Translations under genes and position numbers: made by a program | Notes under the pieces: generated by a model | Databases searched by the model: none | Told to the model about the DNA's origin: nothing | What the model saw: only the letters and a program-made list of their open reading frames with translations | NCBI GenBank assembly: GCA_014799925.1 | Contig: JAAVHC010000001.1 | Span: 30,998 to 94,997, forward strand | Direction: 5' to 3' | Source of the DNA: Oscillibacter sp. | GTDB lineage: Bacteria; Bacillota; Clostridia; Oscillospirales; Oscillospiraceae | Length of the DNA: 64,000 nucleotides | Shown here: in pieces, positions 26,652 to 36,380 of the stretch | How the letters are laid out: each line of letters begins with the position of its first letter | How positions within the stretch are numbered: the first letter of the stretch is position 1

Positions 26652-27437
26652 ATGCTTTTAGCCATTGACGTTGGAAATTCCAACATTTCCCTGGGAATTT
26701 TTCGGGAGGCGGCCCTGCTGATGAAGGGAAGGATTTCCGTCAGGACCCGCCGGAGCGCCGATGAATACGCGGCGATTGTGTATGATCTCATGCGGATGAA
26801 CCAGATTGCCAGAGAGGAGCTGGACGGCTGCATTCTGGCCTCCGTGGTGCCGGAGCTGACCGGCCTGGTGGAGGAAGCGGCCCGGATCATTACCGGGACC
26901 AATGTTCTCCGGGTGGGGCCCGGCATCCGCACGGGCTTCCGCATCCGTATCGACGATCCCTCCCAGCTGGGAGGAGACCTGGCGGCGGACGCCCTGGCGG
27001 CGCTGACGGAATACGGCGCGCCTCTGGTGGTGATCGACGCGGGGACGGTGACGACCATTGTGGCCGTGGACCAGAGCCGTACCTATCTGGGCGGCTGCAT
27101 CCTTCCCGGCATCCGGCCCAGCGCGCAGCTGCTGAAGGAAGCCACCGCCCTGCTGCCCTCCATTGAGCTGGGCGATAAAGAGGACATCTGTCTGGGCCGC
27201 AACAGCGCCGATGCCATGCGCTGCGGTCTGCTGCTGGGCAATGCCATGATGGTGGACGGTTTTATTGACCGCTATGCCGCCCTGCCGGGAATGGCGGGGG
27301 CGAAGTGCATCGCCACCGGCGGCTCCGCGCCGCTGGTCACCGCCCGGTGCAGGCACGGGATCAGGCAGGACCCGGATCTGACCCTGAAGGGCCTGCGGTA
27401 TCTCTACGAGGCCAACCGGCCGAAGCCGAAGCGTTGA
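26652..27437 (+). CDS. coaX: Type III pantothenate kinase
   Basis: MLLAIDVGNSNISLGIF.. N-terminus and ..VIDAGTVTT.. motif typical of CoaX. Confidence 0.9.
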   Translation: MLLAIDVGNSNISLGIFREAALLMKGRISVRTRRSADEYAAIVYDLMRMNQIAREELDGCILASVVPELTGLVEEAARIITGTNVLRVGPGIRTGFRIRIDDPSQLGGDLAADALAALTEYGAPLVVIDAGTVTTIVAVDQSRTYLGGCILPGIRPSAQLLKEATALLPSIELGDKEDICLGRNSADAMRCGLLLGNAMMVDGFIDRYAALPGMAGAKCIATGGSAPLVTARCRHGIRQDPDLTLKGLRYLYEANRPKPKR

Positions 27438-27484
27438 TAATAACGGCAGCCGCCGTTGTTATACATAATTTGCGCGCCGTACTC

Positions 27485-27540
27485 CATACTTTTTCTTGAA
27501 AGAAAAAGTATGCAAAAAGAACTTTTGCATACGCTCTTTC
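27485..27540 (+). repeat. Family 2 repeat, copy C: two abutting palindromes
   Basis: CATACTTTTTCTTGAAAGAAAAAGTATG overlapping GTATGCAAAAAGAACTTTTGCATAC. About 45 nt nearly identical to 37876..37928. Confidence 0.8.
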
Positions 27541-27652
27541 GTCCTGTGCACATCCAAAATTTCCACACGGTGACGTAAGTATTTTCTATTCGGGAAAAGG
27601 TACACTAGAGACGACAGCGCGAGGTGAAATACCCTCAAAAGGAGAAACAAAC

Positions 27653-28255
27653 ATGAGCAACCACAACAAAGTCCGGCAGATCACACTCGCGGCGATACTG
27701 ACGGCAATCATCCTCCTGATGGCATTTACCCCCTTGGGCTACCTGCGCATTGGGCCGATGTCCATCACTCTTCTGGTCATTCCCGCGGTCATCGGCGGCA
27801 TGACGCTGGGCCCCATCTGGGGCGGTTTGCTGGGCGCTGTGTTCGGCGCGACCAGTCTGGCACAGTGCTTCATGGGTGATCTGTCCGGGGCGGCCATGTT
27901 CGCGGCCAACGCATTCGGTACGGTCATCGCCTGCTTCGTCCCCCGTATCCTGATTGGCGTGGTGTCGGGCCTCCTGTTCCCCTTCCTGATGAAGATTACC
28001 AGGAAGAGCGCCATTGCTTTCATCGTGACTGCTGTGGCCGGTACGCTGACCAACTCCATTCTGTTTATCGGTCTGGTGGTTGCCTTCTTCAAGGACAGCG
28101 TACTTGGCGGCGGCTCCTTCTGGGCCATCTTTGTCAGCTTCTTTTCTGTCAACGTGGCGGTGGAGCTGGCGGTAGGCATTGTCGTCAGCGCGGCGCTGAG
28201 CGCGGCGCTAGACCGGTTTGTCCTCAACGCGCCCCGGTATCAGGGTGCAAAGTAG
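27653..28255 (+). CDS. ECF transporter S (substrate-capture) component; pantothenate specificity is only a guess from coaX adjacency
   Basis: Six-TM small membrane protein with an N-terminus typical of ECF S components (ITLAAILTAIILLMAFTPLGYL..ITLLVIPAVIGGMTLGP). Confidence 0.7.
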   Translation: MSNHNKVRQITLAAILTAIILLMAFTPLGYLRIGPMSITLLVIPAVIGGMTLGPIWGGLLGAVFGATSLAQCFMGDLSGAAMFAANAFGTVIACFVPRILIGVVSGLLFPFLMKITRKSAIAFIVTAVAGTLTNSILFIGLVVAFFKDSVLGGGSFWAIFVSFFSVNVAVELAVGIVVSAALSAALDRFVLNAPRYQGAK

Positions 28256-28305
28256 ATTGATTATTTGATTTCCGGCGCATCATATTTTCCGTGGAGGGCA
28301 ATGGA

Positions 28306-28920
28306 ATGGAGAAAACATCTAATTATGACCTCATGCGCAATAAGATGGAGCAGGCGTTTGTCCGGTATGATCAGCAGGAGATGATAGACAGATTTCATCT
28401 GCTGCATACATCAGAGCACCTGTTTATTACGTTTGTTGGAGAAAAATATCGTGTTGACCGTCTGACCGGAAAGGTGGAACGCTGCGCTGCTGATGGAACG
28501 TTTGTCCATGCCGGCTTCAATGAGAGCATGACGATTTTCGACGTCCTCTGCTGCTCAAAGCCCGGCTGCCGCTTGAGCGGCGAATACGCAGCTGCAACGA
28601 ATCTTCCCGGCATAGCAAACATCTCCGCGCCCGGGGCAGGGATGTTTGCTGACGCTGCCCGCTTTTTTACATACCGCTGCGATGTGCTGCGGCAAAACTG
28701 CGAGCGGTTGAATGGCGTTGAGCAGAAGTTTGGCGATGTCTCCTATCTCATCCCTCTTTTTGATTTCATGCCGGTCATTGTCCAGTTTTGGGACGCAGAT
28801 GATGAATTTGATGCGGTCCTGAAGATCCTGTGGGATAAAAATACACTGGATTTTATGCACTTTGAAACCACATTTTACGCGGCCGATCATCTTATGAAAC
28901 GACTGACAGAATCAATTTAG
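28306..28920 (+). CDS. DUF3786-like hypothetical protein
   Basis: ATG at 28306 lies 7 nt after GGAGGG. Family resemblance recalled from memory only. The gene has visibly lower GC (about 40-47% in hand-counted 60-mers). Confidence 0.4.
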   Translation: MEKTSNYDLMRNKMEQAFVRYDQQEMIDRFHLLHTSEHLFITFVGEKYRVDRLTGKVERCAADGTFVHAGFNESMTIFDVLCCSKPGCRLSGEYAAATNLPGIANISAPGAGMFADAARFFTYRCDVLRQNCERLNGVEQKFGDVSYLIPLFDFMPVIVQFWDADDEFDAVLKILWDKNTLDFMHFETTFYAADHLMKRLTESI

Positions 28921-28957
28921 CGTTATTACGTTGGCGATTATTTAATTGCCGCCAACG

Positions 28958-29001
28958 CAAAAAAATACCCGGCTCCGAGGAGAAGTCTCGGAACCGGGTA
29001 T
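28958..29001 (-). terminator. Intrinsic terminator of the valS operon
   Basis: 15 bp stem (one mismatch) ATACCCGGTTCCGAG/CTCGGAGCCGGGTAT, followed on the minus strand by T7. Starts 3 nt after the stop of the kinase-like gene. Confidence 0.8.
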
Positions 29002-29003
29002 TC

Positions 29004-29912
29004 TTATAGAATTGCGTTGGCAGTCTCTGCCGCCCGCCGGTAGTAGAAATTCTCTTTGATCTCCTCGACGGTGATTTCCGGGTCATTGATGAGCGCTTCC
29101 AGAAACTCCGCGTACTCATTGAGCGCGGCAAGCTTGATATCCTGAATATACCGGTCCCAATCAGGCTTGTGCTCCAGCCGCTCGTGGTGGGCCCGAACGA
29201 AGGCGGAGCGCAGGTCCGCGTCCATATAGAACGGGAACGCGCAGGGCTCCGGCTTTTCCGCGCCGTGGGCAATCAGGCGGGCTATGTCCAGCGCGTAGGG
29301 CATAATGCCGCCGAAGCTCCAGTCGATCATATACGCCCTGCCGCCGTGGAAAATGCCGTTGCATTGGAGAAAGTCGCCGCTGCACAAAGTCCGGGGACAG
29401 CTCTCCTGGCGTGCCAGGAACAGCTGGTAGGCTTTCGCTATTTCAGGGTAGTTTTCCAGACGCCTTGCCCGACGATTGATGCGTTCCCGGTAGCGCTGGA
29501 AGCGGCTGGCATCAATCTGGCTGTCCCAATAAACGTTCTGAATCTGCGCCAGGGTCTCGGCACTGGCAAGGGCCATTTCCCGGTCAAAGCGCCGCAGGTC
29601 CGGACCGTTGATGTGTTCCATCAACAGCCAGAGCGTACCCTCGTGTTCCACGCCGCCGAGGTATTCCGGTACGGCGAAGCCCCTGCCTTGCAGAAAGTCG
29701 CGATAGATGGCGATCTCCCTGCTGTCGGACTTTTTCAGTACAAAGCTTTTTTCGCCGGCGGTGATTTTGTAGACGTTATACTTGCGCTTATAGTTCCCGT
29801 CGTTATCGCAGAAACGCTCTATTTCCAGGGGACCGTCATATCCCAGCAGATTCTCTGCCAGCCTTGCGGCCGGCAGGGAATCCATAGCCGTTGGTTCAAA
29901 ATACGGGCCCAT
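29004..29912 (-). CDS. Phosphotransferase enzyme family protein (APH/choline-kinase fold)
   Basis: Brenner-like motif region CSGDFLQCNGIF..MIDWSFGG. Its start lies 1 nt after the valS stop. Confidence 0.65.
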   Translation of the reverse strand: MGPYFEPTAMDSLPAARLAENLLGYDGPLEIERFCDNDGNYKRKYNVYKITAGEKSFVLKKSDSREIAIYRDFLQGRGFAVPEYLGGVEHEGTLWLLMEHINGPDLRRFDREMALASAETLAQIQNVYWDSQIDASRFQRYRERINRRARRLENYPEIAKAYQLFLARQESCPRTLCSGDFLQCNGIFHGGRAYMIDWSFGGIMPYALDIARLIAHGAEKPEPCAFPFYMDADLRSAFVRAHHERLEHKPDWDRYIQDIKLAALNEYAEFLEALINDPEITVEEIKENFYYRRAAETANAIL

Positions 29913-29913
29913 A

Positions 29914-32550
29914 TCAGCTCTGCATGGCGGCGGCGGACTGCTCCAGCTGAGCGATCAGCGCCCGCAGCTTCTCGGCCTGGTCCCGCTGGTTCTGGACAAT
30001 ATGGGCGGGGGCCTTGGAAGTGAATGCCTCATTGTTCAGCTTGGCCTCGATGCCCTTCAGATGGCCCTCGGCCTTGGCTTTCTCTTTGGCAATGCGCTCC
30101 AGCTCCTTAGCGATGTCCACCAGCTCCGCCAGGGGCATGAAGGCACGGGCGGCGTGGGTAATGACCTCCACCATCCCCTGGGCGGCGGGAGTCTGAGTGG
30201 CATCCGTTACATGGACCTCGCTGGCTCCGGCCAGTCTCTGGAAGAAGGGCGCGCCGGCGGTGAAGATATCCTGGTGCGCGGCGGCGACCGTCAGCTGGAC
30301 CTTCTTTCCGGGGGCCACGTTCATCTCCGCGCGGCGGGTTCGGATGGCCCGGATCAGGTCCATGATTTCCTCCATGGCCGCCTCCTCGGCAGGGAAAGCG
30401 AATTTCTCGTCATACACCGGCCAATCGGTTTTCATAATAAACTCGCTGGCTTCCCCCGCCGCATGGGGCAGGGCCTGGTAAATTTCCTCGGTGATGAAGG
30501 GCATGAAGGGATGCAGGAGCTTCAGCATCTGAATCAGCACATAGCACAGGACGTTCTGCGCATTTTCCGCGCCCTCGCCCTGCATCCGGGACTTGGTCAG
30601 CTCGATATACCAGTCGCAGTAGGTGTCCCAGATAAAGTCATAGACCTTGGCGGAGGCCACGCCCAGCTCGTAGGCGTCCAGGTTCTCGGTGACTTCCCGG
30701 ATGAGGGTGTTCAGCCGGGAGAGGACCCACTTGTCCTCCAGCGCCAGCTCCTCCGGCAGCTTCACCTCGTCGATGGTCAGGTTCATCAGCACGAACCGGC
30801 TGGCGTTCCAGATCTTGTTGGCGAAGTTGCGCATGGCCTCGCACTTCTCCACGTAGAAGCGCATGTCGTTGCCGGGGCTGTTGCCGGTGATGAGGTTGAA
30901 GCGCAGCGCGTCCGCGCCGTACTTGTCGGCGATTTCCAGGGGGTCGATGCCGTTGCCAAGAGATTTGGACATCTTCCGGCCCTTGTCGTCCCGGACCAGG
31001 CCGTGGATGAGGACCTTCTCGAAGGGGTATTTCTTCATCTGCTCACAGCCGGAGAAGATCATCCGGGATACCCAGAAGAAGATGATGTCGTAGCCTGTCA
31101 CCAGCACGCTGGTGGGGTAGAAATAGTCCAGCTCCGCCGTCTGCTCCGGCCAGCCCAGGGTGGAGAAGGGCCACAGGGCCGAGCTGAACCAGGTGTCCAG
31201 CACGTCGGGGTCCCGCTCGATGTGCTCGCTGCCGCACCTGGCGCATTTTGTGGGGTCCTGACGGTCCACGGTGATGTGGCCGCAGTCGGCACAGGTCCAG
31301 GCGGGGATCTGGTGGCCCCACCACAGCTGGCGGGAGATGCACCAGTCGTGGACGTTCTCCATCCAGTTGGTGTAGGTCTTGCTGAACCGCTCGGGGATGA
31401 ACCTGACCTCGCCTTCGTTCACCACCCGCAGGGCCTCCTTGGCCAGGGGCGCCATCTTTACGAACCACTGGGCGGAGATCAGAGGCTCCACGTCGCTGCC
31501 GCAGCGGTAGCAGGTGCCCACGTTGTGGCTGTAGTCCTCGGTTTTCACCAGATAGCCCTGCTCCTCCAGGTCCTTCACCACGGCCTTCCGGCATTCGTAG
31601 CGATCCATGCCGTTATAGGGCCCGCCGTTCTCGTTGATGGTGCCGTCGTCGCTGATGACCCGGATGGTCTCCAGGTTGTGGCGCAGGCCCACCTCAAAGT
31701 CGTTGGGGTCGTGGGCGGGGGTCATCTTCACCGCGCCGGTGCCGAAGCCCAGCTCCACGTAGTCGTCCGCCACAATGGGGATTTCCCGGTTCATAATGGG
31801 CAGGATGCAGGTCTTTCCCACCAGATGCCTGAACCGTTCGTCCTCCGGATTCACGGCCACGCCGGTGTCGCCCATCATGGTCTCCGGACGGGTGGTGGCC
31901 ACCACCAGGTCGCCGCTGCCGTCGGCCAGGGGATAGCGGATATGCCACAGGTGGCCGGGCTTGTCCTCGTACTCCACCTCCGCGTCGCTCAGGGCGGTGA
32001 CGCAGTGGGGGCACCAGTTGATGATGCGGCTGCCCTTATAGATGAGCCCCTTTTCATACAGCTCGCAGAAGGTCTCCCGGACGGCCTTGGAGCAGCCCTC
32101 ATCCATGGTGAACCGGGAGCGGTCCCAGTCGGCGGAAATGCCCAGCTTCTTCTGCTGCTCCACGATGCGGGCTCCGTACTTGTTCTTCCAGTCCCAGACC
32201 CGCTCCAAAAACTTCTCCCGGCCCAGATCGTACCGGGTGACGCCCTCGTTTTTCCGCAGCTCCTCCTCCAACTTGATCTGGGTGGCGATGCCGGCGTGGT
32301 CCGTGCCGGGGAGATACAGGGCGGCATAGCCCTGCATCCGCTTATAGCGGATCAGCATGTCCTGAAGCGAGTCGTCCATGGCATGGCCCATGTGAAGCTG
32401 TCCGGTGACGTTGGGGGGCGGCATGACAATCGTGAAGGGCTTCTTATTGGGATCAGGCTCCGCGTGGAAGCAGCCCGCGTCCATCCACGCCTGGTAGATT
32501 TTCCCCTCTACCTCCTGGGGCTCGTAGGTTTTCGGCAATTCTTTTCTCAT
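29914..32550 (-). CDS. valS: Valine--tRNA ligase
   Basis: ATG at 32550 after AGGAGA. Class I motifs [13 protein letters not shown] (HIGH) and KMSKS. C-terminal coiled coil. The 84 codon N-terminal extension in the ORF track was rejected. Confidence 0.95.
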   Translation of the reverse strand: MRKELPKTYEPQEVEGKIYQAWMDAGCFHAEPDPNKKPFTIVMPPPNVTGQLHMGHAMDDSLQDMLIRYKRMQGYAALYLPGTDHAGIATQIKLEEELRKNEGVTRYDLGREKFLERVWDWKNKYGARIVEQQKKLGISADWDRSRFTMDEGCSKAVRETFCELYEKGLIYKGSRIINWCPHCVTALSDAEVEYEDKPGHLWHIRYPLADGSGDLVVATTRPETMMGDTGVAVNPEDERFRHLVGKTCILPIMNREIPIVADDYVELGFGTGAVKMTPAHDPNDFEVGLRHNLETIRVISDDGTINENGGPYNGMDRYECRKAVVKDLEEQGYLVKTEDYSHNVGTCYRCGSDVEPLISAQWFVKMAPLAKEALRVVNEGEVRFIPERFSKTYTNWMENVHDWCISRQLWWGHQIPAWTCADCGHITVDRQDPTKCARCGSEHIERDPDVLDTWFSSALWPFSTLGWPEQTAELDYFYPTSVLVTGYDIIFFWVSRMIFSGCEQMKKYPFEKVLIHGLVRDDKGRKMSKSLGNGIDPLEIADKYGADALRFNLITGNSPGNDMRFYVEKCEAMRNFANKIWNASRFVLMNLTIDEVKLPEELALEDKWVLSRLNTLIREVTENLDAYELGVASAKVYDFIWDTYCDWYIELTKSRMQGEGAENAQNVLCYVLIQMLKLLHPFMPFITEEIYQALPHAAGEASEFIMKTDWPVYDEKFAFPAEEAAMEEIMDLIRAIRTRRAEMNVAPGKKVQLTVAAAHQDIFTAGAPFFQRLAGASEVHVTDATQTPAAQGMVEVITHAARAFMPLAELVDIAKELERIAKEKAKAEGHLKGIEAKLNNEAFTSKAPAHIVQNQRDQAEKLRALIAQLEQSAAAMQS

Positions 32551-32590
32551 GGTGCTCTCCTCTGTTCTGTATGAATTGTTTTGCAAGCCG

Positions 32591-33106
32591 TTATCGGATA
32601 TTCCTGACCAGAAGTCCGGTTTTCCGGGTGATAAATTCCCGGAAGCCCATGGCCGTGCCCTTGGTAAAGCCGTTTTTATCGTAGATCTGGCCCAGATTGT
32701 GGTCCAGGTAGAACAGGAAATACTCCGACGTCTCGCAAATATTCTCGATCTGGTCATACCGGAAATGGCCCTCGGCGGCCTTGCTGACCTGGGTGAAGCC
32801 ATCCGGGCCGAAGGTGGTGACGACCTCCTGGGCGTCGGGCATCACATACTTTCCGGTAAGCTTCAGATCGAACCAGTCCTCCCGCAGGGTGATGACCAGC
32901 AGGAACACCGCCACCAACCCATTGAGCAGCCACCGGCCGTCCCCTACCCGAAGGGCCGCCCAGGCGAACAGCAGATTCAGCGCGATGATGAGTACCGCCA
33001 GAAGCTGCACGATGATGCTGCGCCGCTTGTGCATTGTTTTCCGGTTCCCACGAGAAAGGGCCGTCAGCGATTGATCCCCAAGCACAGTCCGATTGACGTA
33101 TTCCAT
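32591..33106 (-). CDS. YcxB-like small membrane protein
   Basis: ATG at 33106 after GGAGGTG. Two TM segments followed by a C-terminal domain resembling YcxB-like proteins (recalled from memory). First ORF downstream of the T-box leader. Confidence 0.5.
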   Translation of the reverse strand: MEYVNRTVLGDQSLTALSRGNRKTMHKRRSIIVQLLAVLIIALNLLFAWAALRVGDGRWLLNGLVAVFLLVITLREDWFDLKLTGKYVMPDAQEVVTTFGPDGFTQVSKAAEGHFRYDQIENICETSEYFLFYLDHNLGQIYDKNGFTKGTAMGFREFITRKTGLLVRNIR

Positions 33107-33121
33107 CCTATCACCTCCCCA

Positions 33122-33358
33122 AAATAAAAACCGCCCCGGACGAATATGTCCAGGGCGAATCAACCGATCCGCGGTACCACCTGAATTCCCCCGCAGAAGC
33201 GGGGACGCTCTGCCTCTGTAACGGGAGGACCCGCCGCCCCTTACTTCCTTCGGGGGCGAAGCTCCGGGGCGACTTCGGCTCGCGCTTCACGAAGCCTTGC
33301 ACCATCCGGCCCCTCTCTGCGCATCCGCGGCGAGCGTACTGATCCCTTTCACAGCTTT
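33122..33358 (-). promoter_or_regulatory. T-box leader (tRNA-sensing riboswitch), candidate Val specifier
   Basis: Read on the minus strand: AGAGAG..GGTG stem I elements; specifier-loop-like GAA-GUC (GTC is the complement of 33271..33273); T-box sequence AGGTGGTACCGCG (complement of 33169..33181); then terminator CGCCCTGGAC-ATATTC-GTCCGGGGCG plus TTTTTATTTT. Confidence 0.85.
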
Positions 33359-33367
33359 TCCGGATAC

Positions 33368-33396
33368 AGTATAGCCAACGGGAGCGGATTTGTCAA
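33368..33396 (-). promoter_or_regulatory. Sigma-A-like promoter driving the T-box leader
   Basis: Minus strand: TTGACA (33391..33396), 17 nt spacer, TATACT (33368..33373). Confidence 0.7.
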
Positions 33397-33638
33397 GTGG
33401 GGTTTTGGCGGATCACGGAGATCCATTTTTCGCCGGCCGACGGGGCAGCGGGTTTTTGATTTCCCAAACAATTTCTGAATCAGAATATCAATTATATGAA
33501 AAGCGTGAAAAACCGACGGAGGAAAAATCCGCCTGTTTTTTTCTCCGCGTATTACTTTTTAGAAAAAAGTGCCGATATATATACAAAGACGCCGTCAGGG
33601 AAGACGGCAAAATATGTTTTAGAGGAGGACAGTTTATT

Positions 33639-34280
33639 ATGGTCGATATCGTCAGCACAGTAAATCCCAATTATCAGAAGTCCATTGACGCCGTTTCCAG
33701 GACCAGGACCAGCGCAGAGGCCGAGAGCGCTGAAAAAGAGACCGCTTCCACAGAGACCCAGGAAAACGTGGACACCTATGTACCAGAGGACAAGAACACG
33801 GTGGAGGAAGACGCCGGCACCACTTACAAGCCCAACGCCGCCCTGGTTCAGGCGCTGAAGGACGAGCAGGCCGCCAATCAGGAGCGGTTCATCAGCATGA
33901 TGAAGTCCATGCTGAACAAGCAGGGCAAGGTGTTCGGCGAGAGCACCGACTATACCGTGAGCGAGGAGGTCCAGGCCGCCGCCAAGGAGGCTATTTCCGA
34001 GGACGGCTACTGGGGTGTGAAGCAAACCTCCGAGCGTATGGTCAGCTTCGCCAAGGCCCTGGTGGGAGGCGACCCGTCCCGGGTGGGCGAAATGCGCGAC
34101 GCTTTCATCAAGGGCTATGAAGCTGCGGCCAAGGCGTGGGGCGGCGAGTTGCCCAGCATCGCCAGGGAGACCTATGACGCGGCCATGAAGCTCTTTGACG
34201 AGTGGGAAAAAGAGGGCAAACAGAACGAGACGGACCAGGCTGTCCAGGAAGCCCCCAAGACCGGAAAAACCGAGGAATAA
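33639..34280 (+). CDS. Hypothetical soluble acidic protein (213 aa)
   Basis: ATG at 33639 after AGAGGAGGA. The upstream part of ORF 33390..34280 overlaps the divergent promoter and was rejected. No family recognised with confidence. Confidence 0.55.
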   Translation: MVDIVSTVNPNYQKSIDAVSRTRTSAEAESAEKETASTETQENVDTYVPEDKNTVEEDAGTTYKPNAALVQALKDEQAANQERFISMMKSMLNKQGKVFGESTDYTVSEEVQAAAKEAISEDGYWGVKQTSERMVSFAKALVGGDPSRVGEMRDAFIKGYEAAAKAWGGELPSIARETYDAAMKLFDEWEKEGKQNETDQAVQEAPKTGKTEE

Positions 34281-34290
34281 CCAGACAAGG

Positions 34291-34331
34291 AAAACGTCCA
34301 GCTCAGCCAAGTGCCGAGCTGGACGTTTTTT
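34291..34331. terminator. Bidirectional intrinsic terminator
   Basis: AAAACGTCCAGCTC-loop-GAGCTGGACGTTTTTT. Overlaps the stop codon of the minus-strand ydcF-like gene. Confidence 0.8.
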
Positions 34332-34932
34332 AGAGCATGGTGTACTGCTTGATATCCCCAACAAATTGATTACCGCACCGGGCCAATTCGCCAAGAACAC
34401 GGTCTGTTCCCGTTTCACTTTTATACCAATTATCTTTGGTGATGTTATAGCAATGTACAGGGCACACTTTTATGTCCACGTGAGGAAAGGCCATTTGATA
34501 TAACATAAGACACCGCCGGGCATGAAACGCTTTGCAGACGATCAACGCAGTTTTGATATCAACACCTCTTTTGTCAGCAGCCTTTCGTGATAGGAAAGCA
34601 TTGTCACGGGTGTGACCGGACTGATCTTCTCCAATAATTGCCGGGGCCGGCACGCCATTTTTCAGGAGTACGTCTGTAAAAAATTCACAGTCGGATTGAT
34701 AATTGCCGTTGTATATGTCTGCTTTTGATCGAACTCCCGGCCATTTATCACGTTTTACGCTGATTCCGCCGGAGGGTATAAGCCACTTTGCATAGCCCTG
34801 ATGATACAGTCCGGCAGCATATTCGGGTTGCGCGGGATGTGAGCCGCCGGGCAGAAAAATGGCATCAGCTTTTTCAACTTCATCAGATATGAATATAAAG
34901 TTTGATATATCGGTAATTATGCGACTATTCAT
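34330..34932 (-). CDS. YdcF/DUF218 family protein (ElyC/SanA-like fold)
   Basis: Motifs DAIFLPGGSHP and LIPSGG. ATG shares one nucleotide with the hemB stop (TAATG). About 42-43% GC in three hand-counted 60-mers. Confidence 0.7.
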   Translation of the reverse strand: MNSRIITDISNFIFISDEVEKADAIFLPGGSHPAQPEYAAGLYHQGYAKWLIPSGGISVKRDKWPGVRSKADIYNGNYQSDCEFFTDVLLKNGVPAPAIIGEDQSGHTRDNAFLSRKAADKRGVDIKTALIVCKAFHARRCLMLYQMAFPHVDIKVCPVHCYNITKDNWYKSETGTDRVLGELARCGNQFVGDIKQYTML

Positions 34933-35915
34933 TACCCGATTTCTCCCTGTTCAATCGCGTCCGCGATTTCCTTCGCGTAGTAAGTAATCAGCATATTTGC
35001 CCCGGCCCGGAAGACGGACAGCGCTGTCTCGCACATAATCCGCCGCTCGTCCACCAGTCCCGCGGCGGCGGCGGCCTTGATCATGGCGTACTCCCCGGAG
35101 ACGGAGTAGGCGCACAGGGGCAGGTCAAACGCGTCCGCGCACTCCCGGATCACGTCCAGATAGCTCAGCGCCGGCTTGACCATCAGAATGTCCGCGCCCT
35201 CATCCGCGTCCAGGCGGCACTCCCGCAGGGCCTCCTTGCGGTTGTGGGGGTCCATCTGATAGCTCTTCCGGTCCCCGAAGGAGGGGGCGGACCCGGCGGC
35301 CTCCCGGAAGGGGCCGTAGAACGCGCTTGCGTATTTTGCGGAGTAGGCCATGATGGCGGCCTGCTGGAACCCGTTTTCGTCCAGCGCTCTCCGCAGGGCC
35401 GCCACATGGCCGTCCATCATGTCCGAGGGGGCCACCATGTCCGCTCCGGCGGCGGCGTGGCTGACGGCGATTCTTGCCAGATGCTCCAGCGTCTCGTCGT
35501 TGTCCACCTCATGGCCGTGGAGGATGCCGCAGTGGCCGTGGTCCGTGTACTCGCACATGCAAACGTCGGTGATGATGGTGAAATCCGGATGATTTGCCTT
35601 GATGGTCCGCACGGCCTCCTGGATGACCCCGTGCTCCGCCCAGGCGGAGGAGCCGCAGGCGTCCTTTTCCGCCGGAAGTCCGAACAGGATGCAGTGCTTC
35701 ACCCCATGAGCCAGACATTCTTCCACGGCCCGGCACACGCTGTCCGGACCGTAGTGGTTCTGTCCCGGCAGGCTGGGGATGGGGCGGATGTGGTCGAGGG
35801 TTTCGTCAACAAAAATGGGGTAGATCAGCGCCTCCGCGCTTAGCCGGGTCTCCCGGTTGAGACGGCGGATGGCGTCGGTCCGCCGCAGGCGGCGGGGACG
35901 GTTAATGAGGTCCAT
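34932..35915 (-). CDS. hemB: Porphobilinogen synthase (delta-aminolevulinate dehydratase)
   Basis: RPRRLR N-terminus, Cys-rich Zn site DVCMCEYTDHGHCG, active-site Lys regions. Confidence 0.95.
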   Translation of the reverse strand: MDLINRPRRLRRTDAIRRLNRETRLSAEALIYPIFVDETLDHIRPIPSLPGQNHYGPDSVCRAVEECLAHGVKHCILFGLPAEKDACGSSAWAEHGVIQEAVRTIKANHPDFTIITDVCMCEYTDHGHCGILHGHEVDNDETLEHLARIAVSHAAAGADMVAPSDMMDGHVAALRRALDENGFQQAAIMAYSAKYASAFYGPFREAAGSAPSFGDRKSYQMDPHNRKEALRECRLDADEGADILMVKPALSYLDVIRECADAFDLPLCAYSVSGEYAMIKAAAAAGLVDERRIMCETALSVFRAGANMLITYYAKEIADAIEQGEIG

Positions 35916-35930
35916 AGGTGAATCTCTCCT

Positions 35931-36380
35931 TCAGCAGATCATAAAATTGACAATACCATAAATCAAGTGACAAACGGTAAAAATCACAGTGGGGACCGCC
36001 GCGACGATATTTTTCCTGTCAGCGGCAAAAAACAGGAACGCCAGACACGGTGGAACTGTCAGAAGCAGGATGACGGGCGGATTGGTGATCCCCAGATAAT
36101 ACAGAATCCAACCCGCATAGTAGAGCAGTACGCAGCCGATGCAGCCGCGGATCAGCCGTGTCAGTTCCGGCGCGCCCCGCTCCTGATTCACGACCAAGCA
36201 AAGCGCCGCAGCGAACAGAAACTGACACACAGAGGCAATCGCATCAAGAAGTGGTGTGACAGATTCCGCTCTCAGGATATCCTTGGGGGCCGGAACGGCG
36301 AACCAGATGAAATTGGGAAGCATGACCAGCAGGAGGAGAACAAGCCCCCGGATATCAAAGGCAAATTGATATTGTTTCAT
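35931..36380 (-). CDS. Hypothetical 4-TM membrane protein embedded in the tetrapyrrole operon
   Basis: Four hydrophobic segments. Start overlaps the cobA/hemD stop (ATGA). No family recognised. Confidence 0.5.
   Translation of the reverse strand: MKQYQFAFDIRGLVLLLLVMLPNFIWFAVPAPKDILRAESVTPLLDAIASVCQFLFAAALCLVVNQERGAPELTRLIRGCIGCVLLYYAGWILYYLGITNPPVILLLTVPPCLAFLFFAADRKNIVAAVPTVIFTVCHLIYGIVNFMIC

Noticed and set aside
27621-27650. A small hairpin plus A-rich tail (GAGGTGAAATACCCTCAAAAGGAGAAACAAAC) before the ECF S-component gene, superficially resembling a preQ1-I riboswitch.
   Set aside because: The stem has only 4 bp and the loop does not match the conserved preQ1-I loop as I remember it. 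The 200 aa transporter looks more like a vitamin-type S component next to coaX than like QueT. This is too weak to call without a covariance-model search.
32551-32802. N-terminal extensions suggested by the ORF track: valS to 32802, cobA/hemD to 37930, iscU to 20186, hemZ from 53812, the hypothetical protein from 33390, MoxR to 25999, and DUF2284-like from 26028.
   Set aside because: In each case an internal start codon has a good Shine-Dalgarno sequence and restores the canonical family N-terminus. The extensions run through repeats, promoters or the upstream gene.
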